Shown piece by piece: positions 17,602 through 30,300 of a DNA stretch of 53,344 nucleotides (position 1 is its first letter; each line of letters starts with the position of its first letter). The stretch spans positions 1 to 53,344 of the forward strand of contig JAUHXX010000001.1 of assembly GCA_030426825.1 (NCBI GenBank), written 5' to 3'. The DNA is from Bacteroidia bacterium (GTDB lineage: Bacteria > Bacteroidota > Bacteroidia > Flavobacteriales_D > Crocinitomicaceae). A program made the position numbers and the translations under genes. The notes below the pieces were generated by a model. It did no database searches. It was given only the letters and a program-made list of their open reading frames with translations, and was not told the DNA's origin.

Positions 17602-17692
17602 AAATAGATTTATCCACCAATTGTCTAGCTGAATACTAATATTTTAACGACCAATTAAAAATCTACCCCCTAAAAATTCTTACTTTTGGTGG

Positions 17693-18379
17693 ATGACTCA
17701 AATACCAAAAAGTAGTTTAGACTTCATAAACAAACTTTCAAAAAATAACAACCGAGACTGGTTCAATGCCAATAAGGACAACTACTTAAAGGAACATGAA
17801 CATATCATTTCATTTGCGGACCAACTATTAGCTGCAATGAACCTACATGACAATATTGAAACAGTTTCTGGTAAAAAATCGTTGCACCGCATATATAGAG
17901 ACACCAGGTTTTCAAAGGATAAAACTCCTTACAAAAATCATTGGAGCGGAGGATTTAAGAGAGCCACTCCACAATTAAGAGGGGGCTATTACTTTCATAT
18001 TGCACCAGGCAATTCGTTCGCAGCGGGCGGGTTCTGGGGTCCAAACTCAGATGATCTTAAACGAATTCGAGAAGAAATTGCATTGAGTGGAGATGATTTT
18101 AGAGATGTTTTTGAAGAAAGAAACTTTAAATCATTGTTTGGAAACCTAAGAGGAGAACAGCTTAAATCGGCACCAAAAGGATATCCAAAAGATCACACAG
18201 AAATTGAATTGTTGCGATACAAACAGTTCCTAGTTAAAAGAGATTTCACAGATCAAGAAGTTATGGCGACCACTTTTCTATCTGAGTTGAATAAAACATT
18301 CATTGGAATGAGACCTTTTTTCGATTTAATGAGTGAAGTTCTTACAACCAACTCCAATGGAGAATCAACATTGAAATGA
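17693..18379 (+). CDS. DUF2461 family protein
   Basis: NNNRDWFNANK, RIYRDTRFSKDKTPYK, GYYFHI, LKSAPKGY. Confidence 0.92.
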   Translation: MTQIPKSSLDFINKLSKNNNRDWFNANKDNYLKEHEHIISFADQLLAAMNLHDNIETVSGKKSLHRIYRDTRFSKDKTPYKNHWSGGFKRATPQLRGGYYFHIAPGNSFAAGGFWGPNSDDLKRIREEIALSGDDFRDVFEERNFKSLFGNLRGEQLKSAPKGYPKDHTEIELLRYKQFLVKRDFTDQEVMATTFLSELNKTFIGMRPFFDLMSEVLTTNSNGESTLK

Positions 18380-19150
18380 CAATCCAACGGTCAAACCAGA
18401 TTGTACTTTAGGCGAGATTAATTTCAGATCGGCGTCCAACTGATCTGCTAACATTTCAATCAATTGCATACCTAAACTTTCGACTTTCGTGATATCGAAA
18501 TTCTGCGGCAATCCAACACCATTGTCAGTATAGGAGAAATGAAACCTTTGGTTATCATCAAAAAAGGCATTTATTATAACTTGACCCTTATTGTCTGGGA
18601 AGGCATGTTTAAGTGAGTTGCTGAACATTTCGTTTATCATCAACCCGAGCGGAATCATCTTATCAATATTGAATTGGCAAGCTTCATCTATTTGCATATC
18701 CACCAAAATTTCATGGCTAGGTGGAGCGTATGACATAAAAATTGATCGCTGTAAAAAATCAAGGTATTCGTTCAATTTGGTGAATTCAAAACCCTCGGAA
18801 CTATACAACATTTCATGTACCAACGCCATAGAATCTATCCTTGATTTACTGTCTCTAACAAATGCTAAAATTTTTGGGTCAGTTTCGTTTACAGTTTGAA
18901 GTCTCAACATTGAGACTATTATTTGCATATTGTTTTTAACCCTATGGTGTAACTCTTTCAATAGACGCTCTTTCTCCTTTAAAGAAATTGAATTTTCTTT
19001 TAGTTCTTCCCCCAACATATTAACGCCTGCAGCGATTGCCGAAAGTTCATCTCTAGAAGAATCGACAGGGATAGCTTGTTCAAAATCTAACCTGGCATAG
19101 GACATTAATAATTCCATAATGGCCTTTATACGCTCATCCTTAACCTCCAT
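18365..19150 (-). CDS. Cytoplasmic HisKA_2/HWE-type histidine kinase
   Basis: ELHHRVKNNMQ, MALVHEMLY, NEMFSNSLKHAF, DNGVGLP, SLGMQLI; no TM. Confidence 0.92.
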   Translation of the reverse strand: MEVKDERIKAIMELLMSYARLDFEQAIPVDSSRDELSAIAAGVNMLGEELKENSISLKEKERLLKELHHRVKNNMQIIVSMLRLQTVNETDPKILAFVRDSKSRIDSMALVHEMLYSSEGFEFTKLNEYLDFLQRSIFMSYAPPSHEILVDMQIDEACQFNIDKMIPLGLMINEMFSNSLKHAFPDNKGQVIINAFFDDNQRFHFSYTDNGVGLPQNFDITKVESLGMQLIEMLADQLDADLKLISPKVQSGLTVGLSFQC

Positions 19151-19547
19151 TGACTACCAGAGATTTTTCCATAGACCATTCTATGGCGTTTTGTTCATTT
19201 GAAAAAATCCTAACGGGAACTTCAGGTTTGCTAACGCCTAAAAAAAAGTTAGCAATCATTCTTGATAAGGCCGAATCTGCAATAATCGCAATGCTGCAAA
19301 CATTACTTTTTCTGCCCTTAAGTGTAAAGTGTTCTCGAGCTTCTTTAGTCATTGATTTCATTGCTCGCGAATCCACAATTAAAGAATAAAAAGGCTCAGC
19401 TAAATCATTAACAATTTTACTGTTTTCTATTGCGTTATCAATCTCAATCACTGCACCTTCTTTTGTTTGCGTTCTTGCAATCCCGTCCTCTCCCATCCAA
19501 GTGAAAAAACAAGTTGTTTCATGATATCCCGTTTCTGGTAAACGCAT
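19140..19547 (-). CDS. Small STAS/SpoIIAA-like protein
   Basis: LIVDSRAMKSMTKEARE...AIIADSALSRMIANFF...PVRIFSNEQNAIEW. Confidence 0.75.
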   Translation of the reverse strand: MRLPETGYHETTCFFTWMGEDGIARTQTKEGAVIEIDNAIENSKIVNDLAEPFYSLIVDSRAMKSMTKEAREHFTLKGRKSNVCSIAIIADSALSRMIANFFLGVSKPEVPVRIFSNEQNAIEWSMEKSLVVNGG

Positions 19548-19610
19548 GCTTAAATATATGATATTTCTTCAAATTGCTTATCTTGCTCCTATAAATTCAA
19601 ATGAACCAAT

Positions 19611-21920
19611 TTGATTAAAAAATTCAACGATACTAGAATTAACTTTAAATTGACGGTTGCCTTTTTCACAATCGCCTTTTTATCAATATTGGTAATTGGT
19701 CTACTCTCCTATTTTTCTGGAAAAAAATCTCTCGAATTAGAATCCTTTAATCGTCTTACAGCAGTAAGAGAAATGAAGGCTACTCAAATAGAAGATTATT
19801 TCTCTGACATTACTAATCAACTCATTACATTCTCAGAAGACCACACTGTTGTAGATGCGATTAAAGATTTTCAAAACGGATATGATTCTTTATTGATTCA
19901 GCTTAATGTGAATGCTGGAATATTAGATTCTGCTAGTATAAGACTAAAAAATTACTATCAAAACGAATATCTTCCACGATTAAATCACAATGTCCAAATC
20001 TCTGAAGATGTTGAACACCACTGGCCTAAAGACCAAACAGCAGTGTTATTACAAGACATCTTCATTTCGAACAACAACAATCCTGTTGGAAAAAAACACT
20101 ACCTCAACCAAACTAACAATCAATGTTCTTACGGAGAAGCTCATGCCATTTATCATCCTTTGATTCGTTCTTATCTTGAAAAATTTGAATACTACGATAT
20201 TTTTTTAGTTGACCATAATACCGGCCGCATTATTTACTCGGTTTATAAAGAGGTCGATTTTGGGACGTCTCTTATTGATGGGCCTTACGCAAACTCTAAC
20301 TTAGCCAGGGCCTTCAATGCTGCCAATGAGTCCACTGACAGGGATTTTGTAAAGCTTGTAGACTTTGAACCTTATCATCCTTCTTATAATGCGCCTTCTT
20401 CATTTATCGCCTCTCCCATTTTTGAAGGTGAAGAAAAACTAGGAGTATTAATTTTTCAAATGCCCATTCAGAAAATCAATGAGATCATGACAAATCGCCA
20501 CGAATGGGCTGATGTAGGTCTAGGTGAAAGTGGAGAAACCTATATTGTAGCAGACGATTTCACATTAAGAAATCAATCCAGGTTCTTTATTGAGGATAAA
20601 GAAAATTACTTCAAAATGATTAAGGAAATTGGGGTTCCAGAGACCACAATTGCGCAGATTCAAAATTTTGAATCAACTGTTGGTTTGCAACCTGTGAAAA
20701 CCTTTGGTACTGAGGCTGCTTTAAAAGGCGAAACCAATACTGAAATCTTCAATGATTATAGAGGCGTACCTGTTTTATCATCATATAAACCATTACAAAT
20801 CCAGGATATGCATTGGGTAATCATGAGCGAAATAGACCGTGACGAGGCATTTGCACATGTTTATGATTTACGGCGTAATATCATTGTCATATTTATCGGG
20901 CTTCTAATATCTATCATATTTGCTTCGTTTTTTATTTCCAAAAAAATTACCAAACCTATTAAAATTCTTACCGGAAAAGCTCAAGAATTGGCCGGGGGTA
21001 ACTTAGATGTTGAAATTGAAAGCAATAGTAAAGACGAGATAGGACAATTAGCAAGTAGCTTTTCAGACATGCAACACTCAATCCATGATTTGGTGCATAA
21101 TTTGGAAGACAAGGTTCAAGAAAGAACACAAGAAATCCAACAACAAAAAGAAATTCTGGAGATCAAAAATCAGGAAATATTAGATTCTATCAATTATGCT
21201 CTGAGATTACAAAAAGCCATTATCCCTACTGAAGCTAAAGTTAAATCTGCGTTGCCGGAAAGTTTCGTTTATTTTAAACCTAAAGATATCGTTTCTGGAG
21301 ATTTTTACTGGATGAATCAACTTGAAGATAAAGTATTGATCGCAGCAATTGATTGCACAGGTCATGGAGTACCTGGAGCAATGGTTAGTGTTGTTGGAGC
21401 AAATGGTTTGAATCGTTGCGTAAAAGAATTCAATCTCAACAAACCGTCTGACATCTTGGACAAATTAACAGATCTCGTAAAAGAAACTTTTGAGTCTGGA
21501 GAAGACAAAGTAAAGGACGGAATGGATGGCGCGTTAATCTCAATTGACTTAAAGAATAGAAAGCTTGAGTATGCGGGAGCAAACAATCCTCTTTGGATTA
21601 TTAAACAAGAAGGTGCTTTGATTGAAATTAAAGCTAACAAACAACCGATTGGCGATTTTGATTTTAGAAAACCGTTTGAAAACCATACCATTCAACTTTC
21701 AGAAGGAGATCAGGTTTATATTTTTTCGGATGGATATGTTGACCAATTTGGTGGTCCAAAGGGCAAAAAATTTAAATATAAAACCCTCAAAACTCATTTA
21801 GAGGACAACAGACACCTGTCTATGGATGAGCAAGTTAAAGTCTTAGACAAAAGATTTCAAGAATGGAAAGGGAGTTTGGAACAACTTGATGATGTTTGTG
21901 TCATAGGAGTAAGATTTTAG
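19611..21920 (+). CDS. Membrane sensor Ser/Thr phosphatase (Cache-like sensor, HAMP, SpoIIE/PP2C)
   Basis: Two TMs around a large periplasmic domain; HAMP (DEIGQLA); IVSGDFY, DCTGHGVPG, DGMD, FSDG, DDVC. Confidence 0.92.
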   Translation: MIKKFNDTRINFKLTVAFFTIAFLSILVIGLLSYFSGKKSLELESFNRLTAVREMKATQIEDYFSDITNQLITFSEDHTVVDAIKDFQNGYDSLLIQLNVNAGILDSASIRLKNYYQNEYLPRLNHNVQISEDVEHHWPKDQTAVLLQDIFISNNNNPVGKKHYLNQTNNQCSYGEAHAIYHPLIRSYLEKFEYYDIFLVDHNTGRIIYSVYKEVDFGTSLIDGPYANSNLARAFNAANESTDRDFVKLVDFEPYHPSYNAPSSFIASPIFEGEEKLGVLIFQMPIQKINEIMTNRHEWADVGLGESGETYIVADDFTLRNQSRFFIEDKENYFKMIKEIGVPETTIAQIQNFESTVGLQPVKTFGTEAALKGETNTEIFNDYRGVPVLSSYKPLQIQDMHWVIMSEIDRDEAFAHVYDLRRNIIVIFIGLLISIIFASFFISKKITKPIKILTGKAQELAGGNLDVEIESNSKDEIGQLASSFSDMQHSIHDLVHNLEDKVQERTQEIQQQKEILEIKNQEILDSINYALRLQKAIIPTEAKVKSALPESFVYFKPKDIVSGDFYWMNQLEDKVLIAAIDCTGHGVPGAMVSVVGANGLNRCVKEFNLNKPSDILDKLTDLVKETFESGEDKVKDGMDGALISIDLKNRKLEYAGANNPLWIIKQEGALIEIKANKQPIGDFDFRKPFENHTIQLSEGDQVYIFSDGYVDQFGGPKGKKFKYKTLKTHLEDNRHLSMDEQVKVLDKRFQEWKGSLEQLDDVCVIGVRF

Positions 21921-22068
21921 ATAACGAATTACACCCTGTTTTATAGAAATTCACTTTCCGTTGTGAAAACATCATAAGTTTTGTCAGCTCAATTTCGCCT
22001 TATTACTGTACTTTCAGTGATTATTTATTTATATTTACAATTAGCACAATTGATCTTGATCAATTAAA

Positions 22069-23334
22069 ATGAATAAGCTTTTACTCTCTATCCTTATTTT
22101 AGGGGCAACTTTTATTGCTCATACTCAGCCTGCAAATGATGCTTGTTCTGACTCACAGCGGCTTTGCGCAAACCAACCACTGCAAGGAACAACAGCTGCC
22201 GCAACAGTTGACCCCGCTTCTGATTTAGATTTCTGTACAGTAAATACAGCAACCGTTTGGTATCATTTTACTACTAATGCAGCAGGAGGTAACGTTACAA
22301 TAGACATCACGAACATGTCTTTTAACCCGGGAGCCACATACGGACAAACCATTGACGCCATTATTTATTCAGCAACCTCACCTTGTGTACAAGGAACTAT
22401 GAACCCTGCGTCGGCCTGTGGAAACAGTGGTGTAGACTTCAGTGTAACAACCTTTGCTGCCTTGAATCCAAACACCACCTACTACCTAATGATCAATGGT
22501 AACACAAATGGAATGGCAAATTCTGCAGAATGCGATTTCACAATTGATATTTCAGGCCCGGCAGTAGACGCAACTTTCCCAACAGCATCAATTTCTACAA
22601 TGGATTCGGTTTTATGTGAGGGAGATGATGTACCAGTTGAAACAATCATTGCCAATTGCTCCGATACAGCCACATTTGATTGGTATTACAATAACACGCT
22701 CATCCTTTCTGGTCCAACCAATGATTTTTCAACTACGAGTTTAACTGAAGATGGATACCTTAAACTAATCATCAACTGCGGCTCAATCTGCACTTATTCA
22801 GACACTACTGATAGTATTTTTTACGAAGTTACTCCAATAGGTGCTAATGCCGGACCCGACAAATTTATTTTAGATGGGGAACTCGCTAACATTGAAGGCT
22901 CAGGGAATGGTACACCTTTGTGGAGCCCAACTGGCACATTAACAGACCCATCTAGTTTTACTCCCACAGCAAATCCAAGTGTAACGACAACCTATTTTTT
23001 AACTGTTAACAACGGGAGCTGCACAGCAACAGATAGTATGAATGTTTTTGTAGGAGAAGTGGTCACGATTTACAGTGGGTTTTCTCCTAACGGGGATGAT
23101 ATTAATGACAAATGGGTCATCAAAAACAGTGCTCAATACCCTGACATGGAAGTGACAATTTTCGACAGATCTGGACAGAGAATTTATCACACAACAGGTT
23201 ACTCAACTCAAGAAAAATGGTGGGACGGAACCTATAAGGGAAAGGCACTACCAGTATCAACTTATTTTTATGTCGTTGATCTAAAAATTGGTGATGAAGG
23301 TATTTTCAAAGGTCAAATAAACTTGATTAGATGA
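22069..23334 (+). CDS. T9SS cargo with type B (gliding-motility-associated) CTD
   Basis: Signal peptide, PANDAC, Ig-like modules, FSPNGDDINDKW...IFDRSG...WDG...TYFY. Confidence 0.9.
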   Translation: MNKLLLSILILGATFIAHTQPANDACSDSQRLCANQPLQGTTAAATVDPASDLDFCTVNTATVWYHFTTNAAGGNVTIDITNMSFNPGATYGQTIDAIIYSATSPCVQGTMNPASACGNSGVDFSVTTFAALNPNTTYYLMINGNTNGMANSAECDFTIDISGPAVDATFPTASISTMDSVLCEGDDVPVETIIANCSDTATFDWYYNNTLILSGPTNDFSTTSLTEDGYLKLIINCGSICTYSDTTDSIFYEVTPIGANAGPDKFILDGELANIEGSGNGTPLWSPTGTLTDPSSFTPTANPSVTTTYFLTVNNGSCTATDSMNVFVGEVVTIYSGFSPNGDDINDKWVIKNSAQYPDMEVTIFDRSGQRIYHTTGYSTQEKWWDGTYKGKALPVSTYFYVVDLKIGDEGIFKGQINLIR

Positions 23335-24275
23335 GGATAGGATCGATAATCATATTGTGCTCTCTGCTCTTTTCTTTCAATGGAATTGCCCAACAATTGG
23401 AACATTATACCCAGTATCAACACAACCAATTTGCATTCAATCCAGCCGTGGCTGGAACTAAAAACTGCCTAGATATTAGAACGGGTTATCGCTTTCAATG
23501 GGCTGGAATAGATGGAGCACCTCAGACAGGATTTATCAATGCTCACGCTCCCTTAAGATTAGGTAAAAAAAGAAATACTTTTGGGCCGAAACATGGAATC
23601 GGTGGTCAAATAAAGCGGGACGTTTTTGGCCCTTTCTCTTTTCTTAGCTTGCATGCTGCCTACGCCTTACATTTGCCCGTCTCAAGAAAATGGACCGCCT
23701 CATTAGGACTGTCGTTTGGATTCAAACAATCTGTCTATGATGCCGCCAACATAACAACGGAAATCGCAGATCCTGCCTTTCCTGGGACAAGTCAATCGTT
23801 TATCGTTTTTCCTGATGCGAAACTTGGGGCTTGGGTAACCAACAAAAAAACTTATGTTGGATTATCACTGCATAATTTATTTGGAAATACATTTTCGAAA
23901 ATTGGGCCAGGTGCAAAAGCCCAAAGACATGTCTATATTACAGCAGGCCACAGTTTTCCGCTTGAAAAAAACTGGTCGTTCATTCCTTCGTTATTTCTAC
24001 TTTGGACAAAATCAACTCCTATTGATTTTCACTTGAGTGCCCTGCTTGATTTAAATAATAAGTTTTCTTTTGGCTTGGGAATGCGAAGAACGGATGCCGT
24101 TACCGCACAAGTGCGAGTAAAATTCTTTAATTGGATATCTTTAGGGTATTCATTTGACTTTATCATTTCAAAACTAAATGGCAATATGTGGCAATCACAT
24201 GAAATTACTGGTGGATTCAATTCGTGCTCAAATTATGGTAATTCAAGCACGACCGATTGCCCTAGTTTTGAATAA
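23331..24275 (+). CDS. PorP/SprF family T9SS outer-membrane protein
   Basis: YTQYQHNQFAFNPAVAG, YRFQWAGIDGAP, GYSFD, SHEI. Confidence 0.92.
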   Translation: MRIGSIIILCSLLFSFNGIAQQLEHYTQYQHNQFAFNPAVAGTKNCLDIRTGYRFQWAGIDGAPQTGFINAHAPLRLGKKRNTFGPKHGIGGQIKRDVFGPFSFLSLHAAYALHLPVSRKWTASLGLSFGFKQSVYDAANITTEIADPAFPGTSQSFIVFPDAKLGAWVTNKKTYVGLSLHNLFGNTFSKIGPGAKAQRHVYITAGHSFPLEKNWSFIPSLFLLWTKSTPIDFHLSALLDLNNKFSFGLGMRRTDAVTAQVRVKFFNWISLGYSFDFIISKLNGNMWQSHEITGGFNSCSNYGNSSTTDCPSFE

Positions 24276-24351
24276 AACAACCTTTGACGCTATCCTTTCG
24301 TTTTGTATATTGAAGTCGAATAGGAGGATAGCCAACAAATATTTGACTTAA

Positions 24352-27300
24352 ATGACACCTACAAAATTACACACTATGAAAAAAATGAAGTCCTCATTTT
24401 TATATTCAGTTGTAGTTCTTATTGCTTTCACATTTATCACAAACTCTTCCTTTGCGGCGGACCTTTATTGGGTGAATGGCTCTGGAAATTGGAACGACTC
24501 AAACCATTGGTCAACAAGTTCTGGAGGCTCCACATCAAGCGCAATACCGGGCCCAGGAGACAACGTGCATTTTGACTTGAATTCCTTTCCGGCAACAAAT
24601 AATGTTATTACAATCGCCCAAAACATTTCTATCAACAACGTCAAAATTAACGGTGCCCATTTTTTCGTTTTAGACGCACCCAATCACAACCTTGAGGTAA
24701 AAGGAGATTTTACAGCCAACACAAAATTTCACCTTAACGCTGATGAATTGACCTTTAACGGAAATGGAAATCATGTAATTAACACGAACAATTGTGACAT
24801 TTCAGCTACCGTTGCTTTTGAAAACGGAACTTGGAATTTAAACGGGCACCTACAAACGACCGCATTGAAATCAATTTATTTTAATGGAGGAATAATCCAT
24901 TCTAACGGGTTCAGTATTGCTACCGAATCTGTAGTAGCTAATGTAGACCCTGTTCAATTAGATTTTACGAACTCCTATATCGTTGGATATAATTCAATTG
25001 ATTTAAGCCAAGCCTCAAATATTGGCGGAAATGCCATCTTTTTCACTGTGGACAATGAGGTTCCAGCCTCTAAAAAAGGAGGGTTCAATAATGCAACTTT
25101 TCAACGAGACCAAACTGTAAATTGTCAGTTTATGGGAAGTCCAACCGGCTTAGTTGTTGATATTACAACGATCGATTATGTTGGTGGATTTAATGTTTCC
25201 TGTGATGGAGTCTGTGATGGTGAAATTACAATTTCTGCCGCTGGTACCGCAGGGCCATATTCATATAGTTTAAATGGAAGCCCTTATACTTCTCAGACTG
25301 TTTATTCTGGACTTTGTGGTGTAACTTATACTATCTCTGTTAAAGACTCGTCTCAAGAAATTGGGGTTGGTTCTGGAGTATTTGTTAATTGTAATACTAC
25401 TGAGAACTTGCAGCCTCCTGGTCCACTTATCTTAGATGAACTTGCTCCTCCCACTGATGTGTCTTGTTTTGGAGTATGTGATGCAGATGCGTTTACCGAT
25501 CCTTTTGGTGGACAAGGTCCATATACGGTAACTTGGGCTACCAGTGGAGAAGTAACACCCTTCCCTACTTTCTTGTGTGCAGGACCAAATCCTGTTGAAA
25601 TTGTTGATGCAAATGGCTGTATTTTAAATACTTCTATCAACATTGGTGGACCACCAGACATTACAGCAATTCTTAGCATTAATGAACCAACATGTAACGG
25701 TGATTGTGATGGTGAAGTTAACATAATTCCAGGTGGTGGAAACGGAGGCCCTTATTCATATGTTTGGACGCCCGTTCCGACTTCTGGTCAGGGCACGGAG
25801 CCAGGAATAGGGTTTTGCGCTGGACTTATAAATGTAACAATTGGGGATGTAGCTGGCTGTACTAAAGACACCACGGTGACTATGACCGAACCATTAGTCT
25901 TAACTGCAGCACCTACTGCAGATGCGCCAACAAGTTGTTTTGGCTCTTGCGACGGACAAGCAAGCGCTAACCCATCTGGGGGTGCAGGCAATAACACATT
26001 TGAATGGTTCACTTGTGCTGGTGTATCTACCGGCATAACTGATGAAAATCCCAACACGCTTTGTGCCGGAGATTATTATGTGGTAGTTACTGATCAAAAT
26101 GGACTAGGATGTTCTTTTCAAAGTGGTTGTATTACCATAACTGAACCAACAGAAATTGACGCTACTGCTGATGCTTATCAGGTTTCTTGTTTTGGAGTGT
26201 GTGATGGATCTGTTGATGTTGACGCTACCGGAGGTGTTCTTCCTTACACTTATTCCTGGGTAACTGTTCCAGGAGGAACTGGAGTTGGAGCCAACGATAC
26301 CTTATTTGGACTTTGTCCCGGATTATATGAAGTAATCGTTACGGATGCAAACCTTTGTAATTCAACACCAGATACGGTAGAAATTCTTGAACCAGCACCA
26401 GTCACCTTATTGCTTAATGGAACCGACCCAACTTGTTATGACCTATGTGATGGATCTGTTGTTGCCACTCCAGGAGGAGGTACGGCTCCATATGGATTCA
26501 ATTGGATACCAGCACCAGGAGCTGGACAAGGAACTGCGAACGGAACCAATATGTGTGCAGGAACATATGATGTAACCTTAACCGATCTTAATGGATGTAA
26601 TGTTACAGAGCAAGTCATCTTAAATAATCCGCCTCAGTATGATATAACTACGGCCCAAACCAACTTACAGTGTGCTGGAGATGCAAACGGGACAATTGAT
26701 GTGACCGTAAACTCCGGAGGTTCTGGAGTTGGTTATACTTATACCTGGGTACCTGCTGCACCTATTGGTGACGGCACTCCTAATGTGTCAGGTCTAACTG
26801 CGGGTGTTTGGTGCGTTACTATTCAAGATGATCAACTCTGTGATACCACACTTTGTTTCACAATTTCAGAACCAAACCCATTAACAGCAAACGCATCAGT
26901 TATATCGCATGTCACCTGTTTTGCAGATTGTGACGGTTCCGGACAAGTAGTTATTAATGGAGGAACTGCTCCTTATGTGATTTCTTGGGCCCCAGGAGGA
27001 CAATCTTCACAAGTAGCAAGTAACTTGTGTGCAGGAAATTATACTGTAACGGTAACAGATGCAAATTTATGTTCTGTAAATGATAACATCACAATCAACC
27101 AACCCACTCAATTCGACCTGAGTATGTCTCAAACCGACATTAGTTGTTTCGGTGATTGTGTAGGTGATGCAACCATTACAGTGAATAGCGGCGGAACTCC
27201 TCCATACGTATATCAATGGAATGATCCACTATTACAAACCAACCCAACAGCCATCAATCTATGCGCAGGAAATTATACTGTAACAGTTACCGATCAAAAC

Positions 27301-30300
27301 CTATGTGATACAGTCATAGCTTATACTATAATTGAGCCAGCTCAGATCGTAATCGATACCAACGTTACCAATTCTTCTTGCTTTGGTACGTGCTCAGGTG
27401 AAGCAAATATCACCTTAGTTGGTGGAACTGGAGCATACAATTTCGAATGGTTTGATGTTGCTACTGGCCTTCCGCTTGGTGTTAATAACGATTCAATTTC
27501 AGGTCTATGTCCTGGACAATATTATGCACAAGTGACGGATGCTGCACTTTGTGTAGTAAATTCTGATACCATAACAATTACTGAACTTCCACCAATAAAC
27601 ACGTCTATAATATCTATTGGTGATGCTACTTGTGGTGTATGTGATGGAACGGCTGAGGTGCTGGCAACAGGAGGTACAGGAACGTTTACATATACTTGGA
27701 CTCCGGTGCCAGGAACTGGTCAAGGAACAACAACTGTAACTGGACTATGTGCTGGTGCTTATTCAGTTGCCGCAACAGATCAAGCTGGTTGTACCGCAAA
27801 CATTGCAGTTAACGTTAATAGTGTAGCCTTAGAAGTAACAACAATGGACTCTACAGACATCACTTGTTTTGGGTTGTGTGATGGAACCGCCACAATAAGT
27901 TACAATGTTTTAGACCCTCCTTACACAGTAACCTGGTTCGATAACTTAACTGGATTACCAATAGGAATTGTAGACAACCCCGCTTCACAACCCAGTACAG
28001 CGACAGGTCTATGCGCTGGAGAATATCTTGCGGTTTTGACGAATCAATCTGGATGTGTAACCTCTGACACCATACAAGTTAACGAACCGCCTCAAATTAC
28101 TGGAAGCGTTACACCAACCCCTGTTACATGTAACGGAGCCTGTGACGGATCAGCAGCAGCAGTTGCTGCAGGCGGCACCGGTGTATTGACTTATACATGG
28201 GGACCTGGCCTTCCAGGTGCTGGTCAGGGAACGCCAAATGCAAGTGGAATGTGTGCAGGTAACTGGACTGTTACAGTAACAGATGCGCAAGGTTGTACGG
28301 CTGCATTCCCAACAACTATTTCAGAACCAGTTGTACTTGCCATTACAAGCGAAAACTCTACTAATATCAGTTGTTTCGGTGCAAATGATGGAACTGCAAC
28401 AATAATTCATTCTGGTGGTATCCCACCGTACAATTATCAATGGATAGATTGTAATACAGGTTTACCAATTGGACAAACCTCACAAATGGCAACGAACCTA
28501 CCAGCGGGAGATTATCAAGTTGTTGTAACTGATGCTAACGGTTGTAACGTTACAAGTAACTGCCTACCTGTAATTGAACCCTCTGCTATCACGGCAAATT
28601 TAAATGCCAGTCCGGTAAACTGTTTTGGATTTTGTGATGGTCTTATTGATGTCGTACCGGCGGGAGGATCTGCCCCATATTTTTATCAATGGCAAGATGA
28701 ATTCTTTGTTGACCTCCCAGGTCAAACTAATGACACGTTAAATAATGTTTGTCAAGGAATGTATAATGTTGTAGTAACGGATTTCAATGGCTGCTCAATG
28801 ACTTTTGGGCCTGTAGACATGACCTCTCCAACCGACCCGTGGAATGTCACAACCAGCCAAACAAATGTTACCTGTTCTGGTAATTGTGATGGTACAGCAG
28901 GAGTCATTGTTGTCGCTGGAAACAATCCGCCATATACTTATCAATGGGATGATCCTTTGGCACAAATTACTCCAACAGCAACTTTTCTGTGCCCTGGAGT
29001 TTATACCGTAACCATCACGGATGCTAGTATTTGTGACACTACTATTCAATTTACAATTGTAGATGCCAATCCAATAATAGCCAATGCAACTATCAATAAT
29101 GTGCAATGCTTTGGGGATTGCACTGGGTCTGTAACTGTTGCACCAACTGGTGGTGATGGCACATACACTGTTAATTGGTCCGATTTACAAACTGGGCTGA
29201 CTGCTTCAAATTTATGTAGCGGAGCAATAACTGCTACAATTACTGATGGCGGAGGATGTTTTATTGATACTACTATCAATATTACTGAACCACCTGCATT
29301 AGTTGCAAATTCAACATTCTCAAATAATGCCAGTTGTGGGGCATGTAATGGTAGTGCAACAGTAAACATGGGTGGTGGAGTTGGACCTTATACTTACGAT
29401 TGGACGCCAGACCCTGCTGGAGGTGATGGAAATAATAATGCGACAGGCCTGTGTCCTGGTGTCGTTTCAGTATTGGTTACTGATGCCAATGGATGTACTT
29501 TAACAGAAGTCTTTGCTATATCAGATATCAATTCTGAAATTCTAACTATGGATTCAATTGATGTTAGTTGTTTTGGTGCCTGTGATGGATCCGCAATAGT
29601 TAACTACGTATGTAGTGACCCAGGATGTACAAATCAATGGTATGATGGAGCCACAGCAACCCCAATAGCTGGTGAAACAGGAACTACTTTGGCAAATCAA
29701 TGTGCTGGTGATTATTATGTTGAGGTCACAAACGCTTCTGGTTGTGTTGCTGTTGGGCTCACAACTATAACAGGGCCAACACAAATAATAGCCAACGAAA
29801 ACATTTCGCAAATTACATGTAATGGCGCTGGTGATGGTCAAATAGATCTTTTCCCTAGTGGGGGTTCTGGTGCAGGATATACTTATGTTTGGAATCCTGT
29901 TCCTCCAAATGGACAAGGAACAAGTCAAGCGATCGGTCTTGGAGGAGGTATCTGGTGTGTAGATATTACTGACAGTGATGGTTGTACAGAAAACTATTGT
30001 TACAATTTAACAGAGCCAACAGCAATCGTAATTACCCCAACTATAACAGACCCATTATGTAATGGTAGTTGCAATGGAATTATTTCGGTTTCCGTAAGTG
30101 GCGGAACAGGAGGTTATAACTTCCAATGGTTTGATGGCGGGGGTGCTCCAATTGGCACAAATAACCCAATTATTGGATCATTGTGTGCCGGTAATTACTC
30201 CGTAGATGTTACTGATGCAGGTGGATGTACTCAAACGTTGAATGTTACACTTACAGAGCCGAATCCAATCAGCACCGCTATTGCAAGCACAGATGTACAA

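Noticed and set aside
17551-17607. 18-aa + strand ORF MKKLYLKYSIHFNTKNKK
   Set aside because: It overlies the minus-strand promoter in AT-rich DNA and has no independent support.
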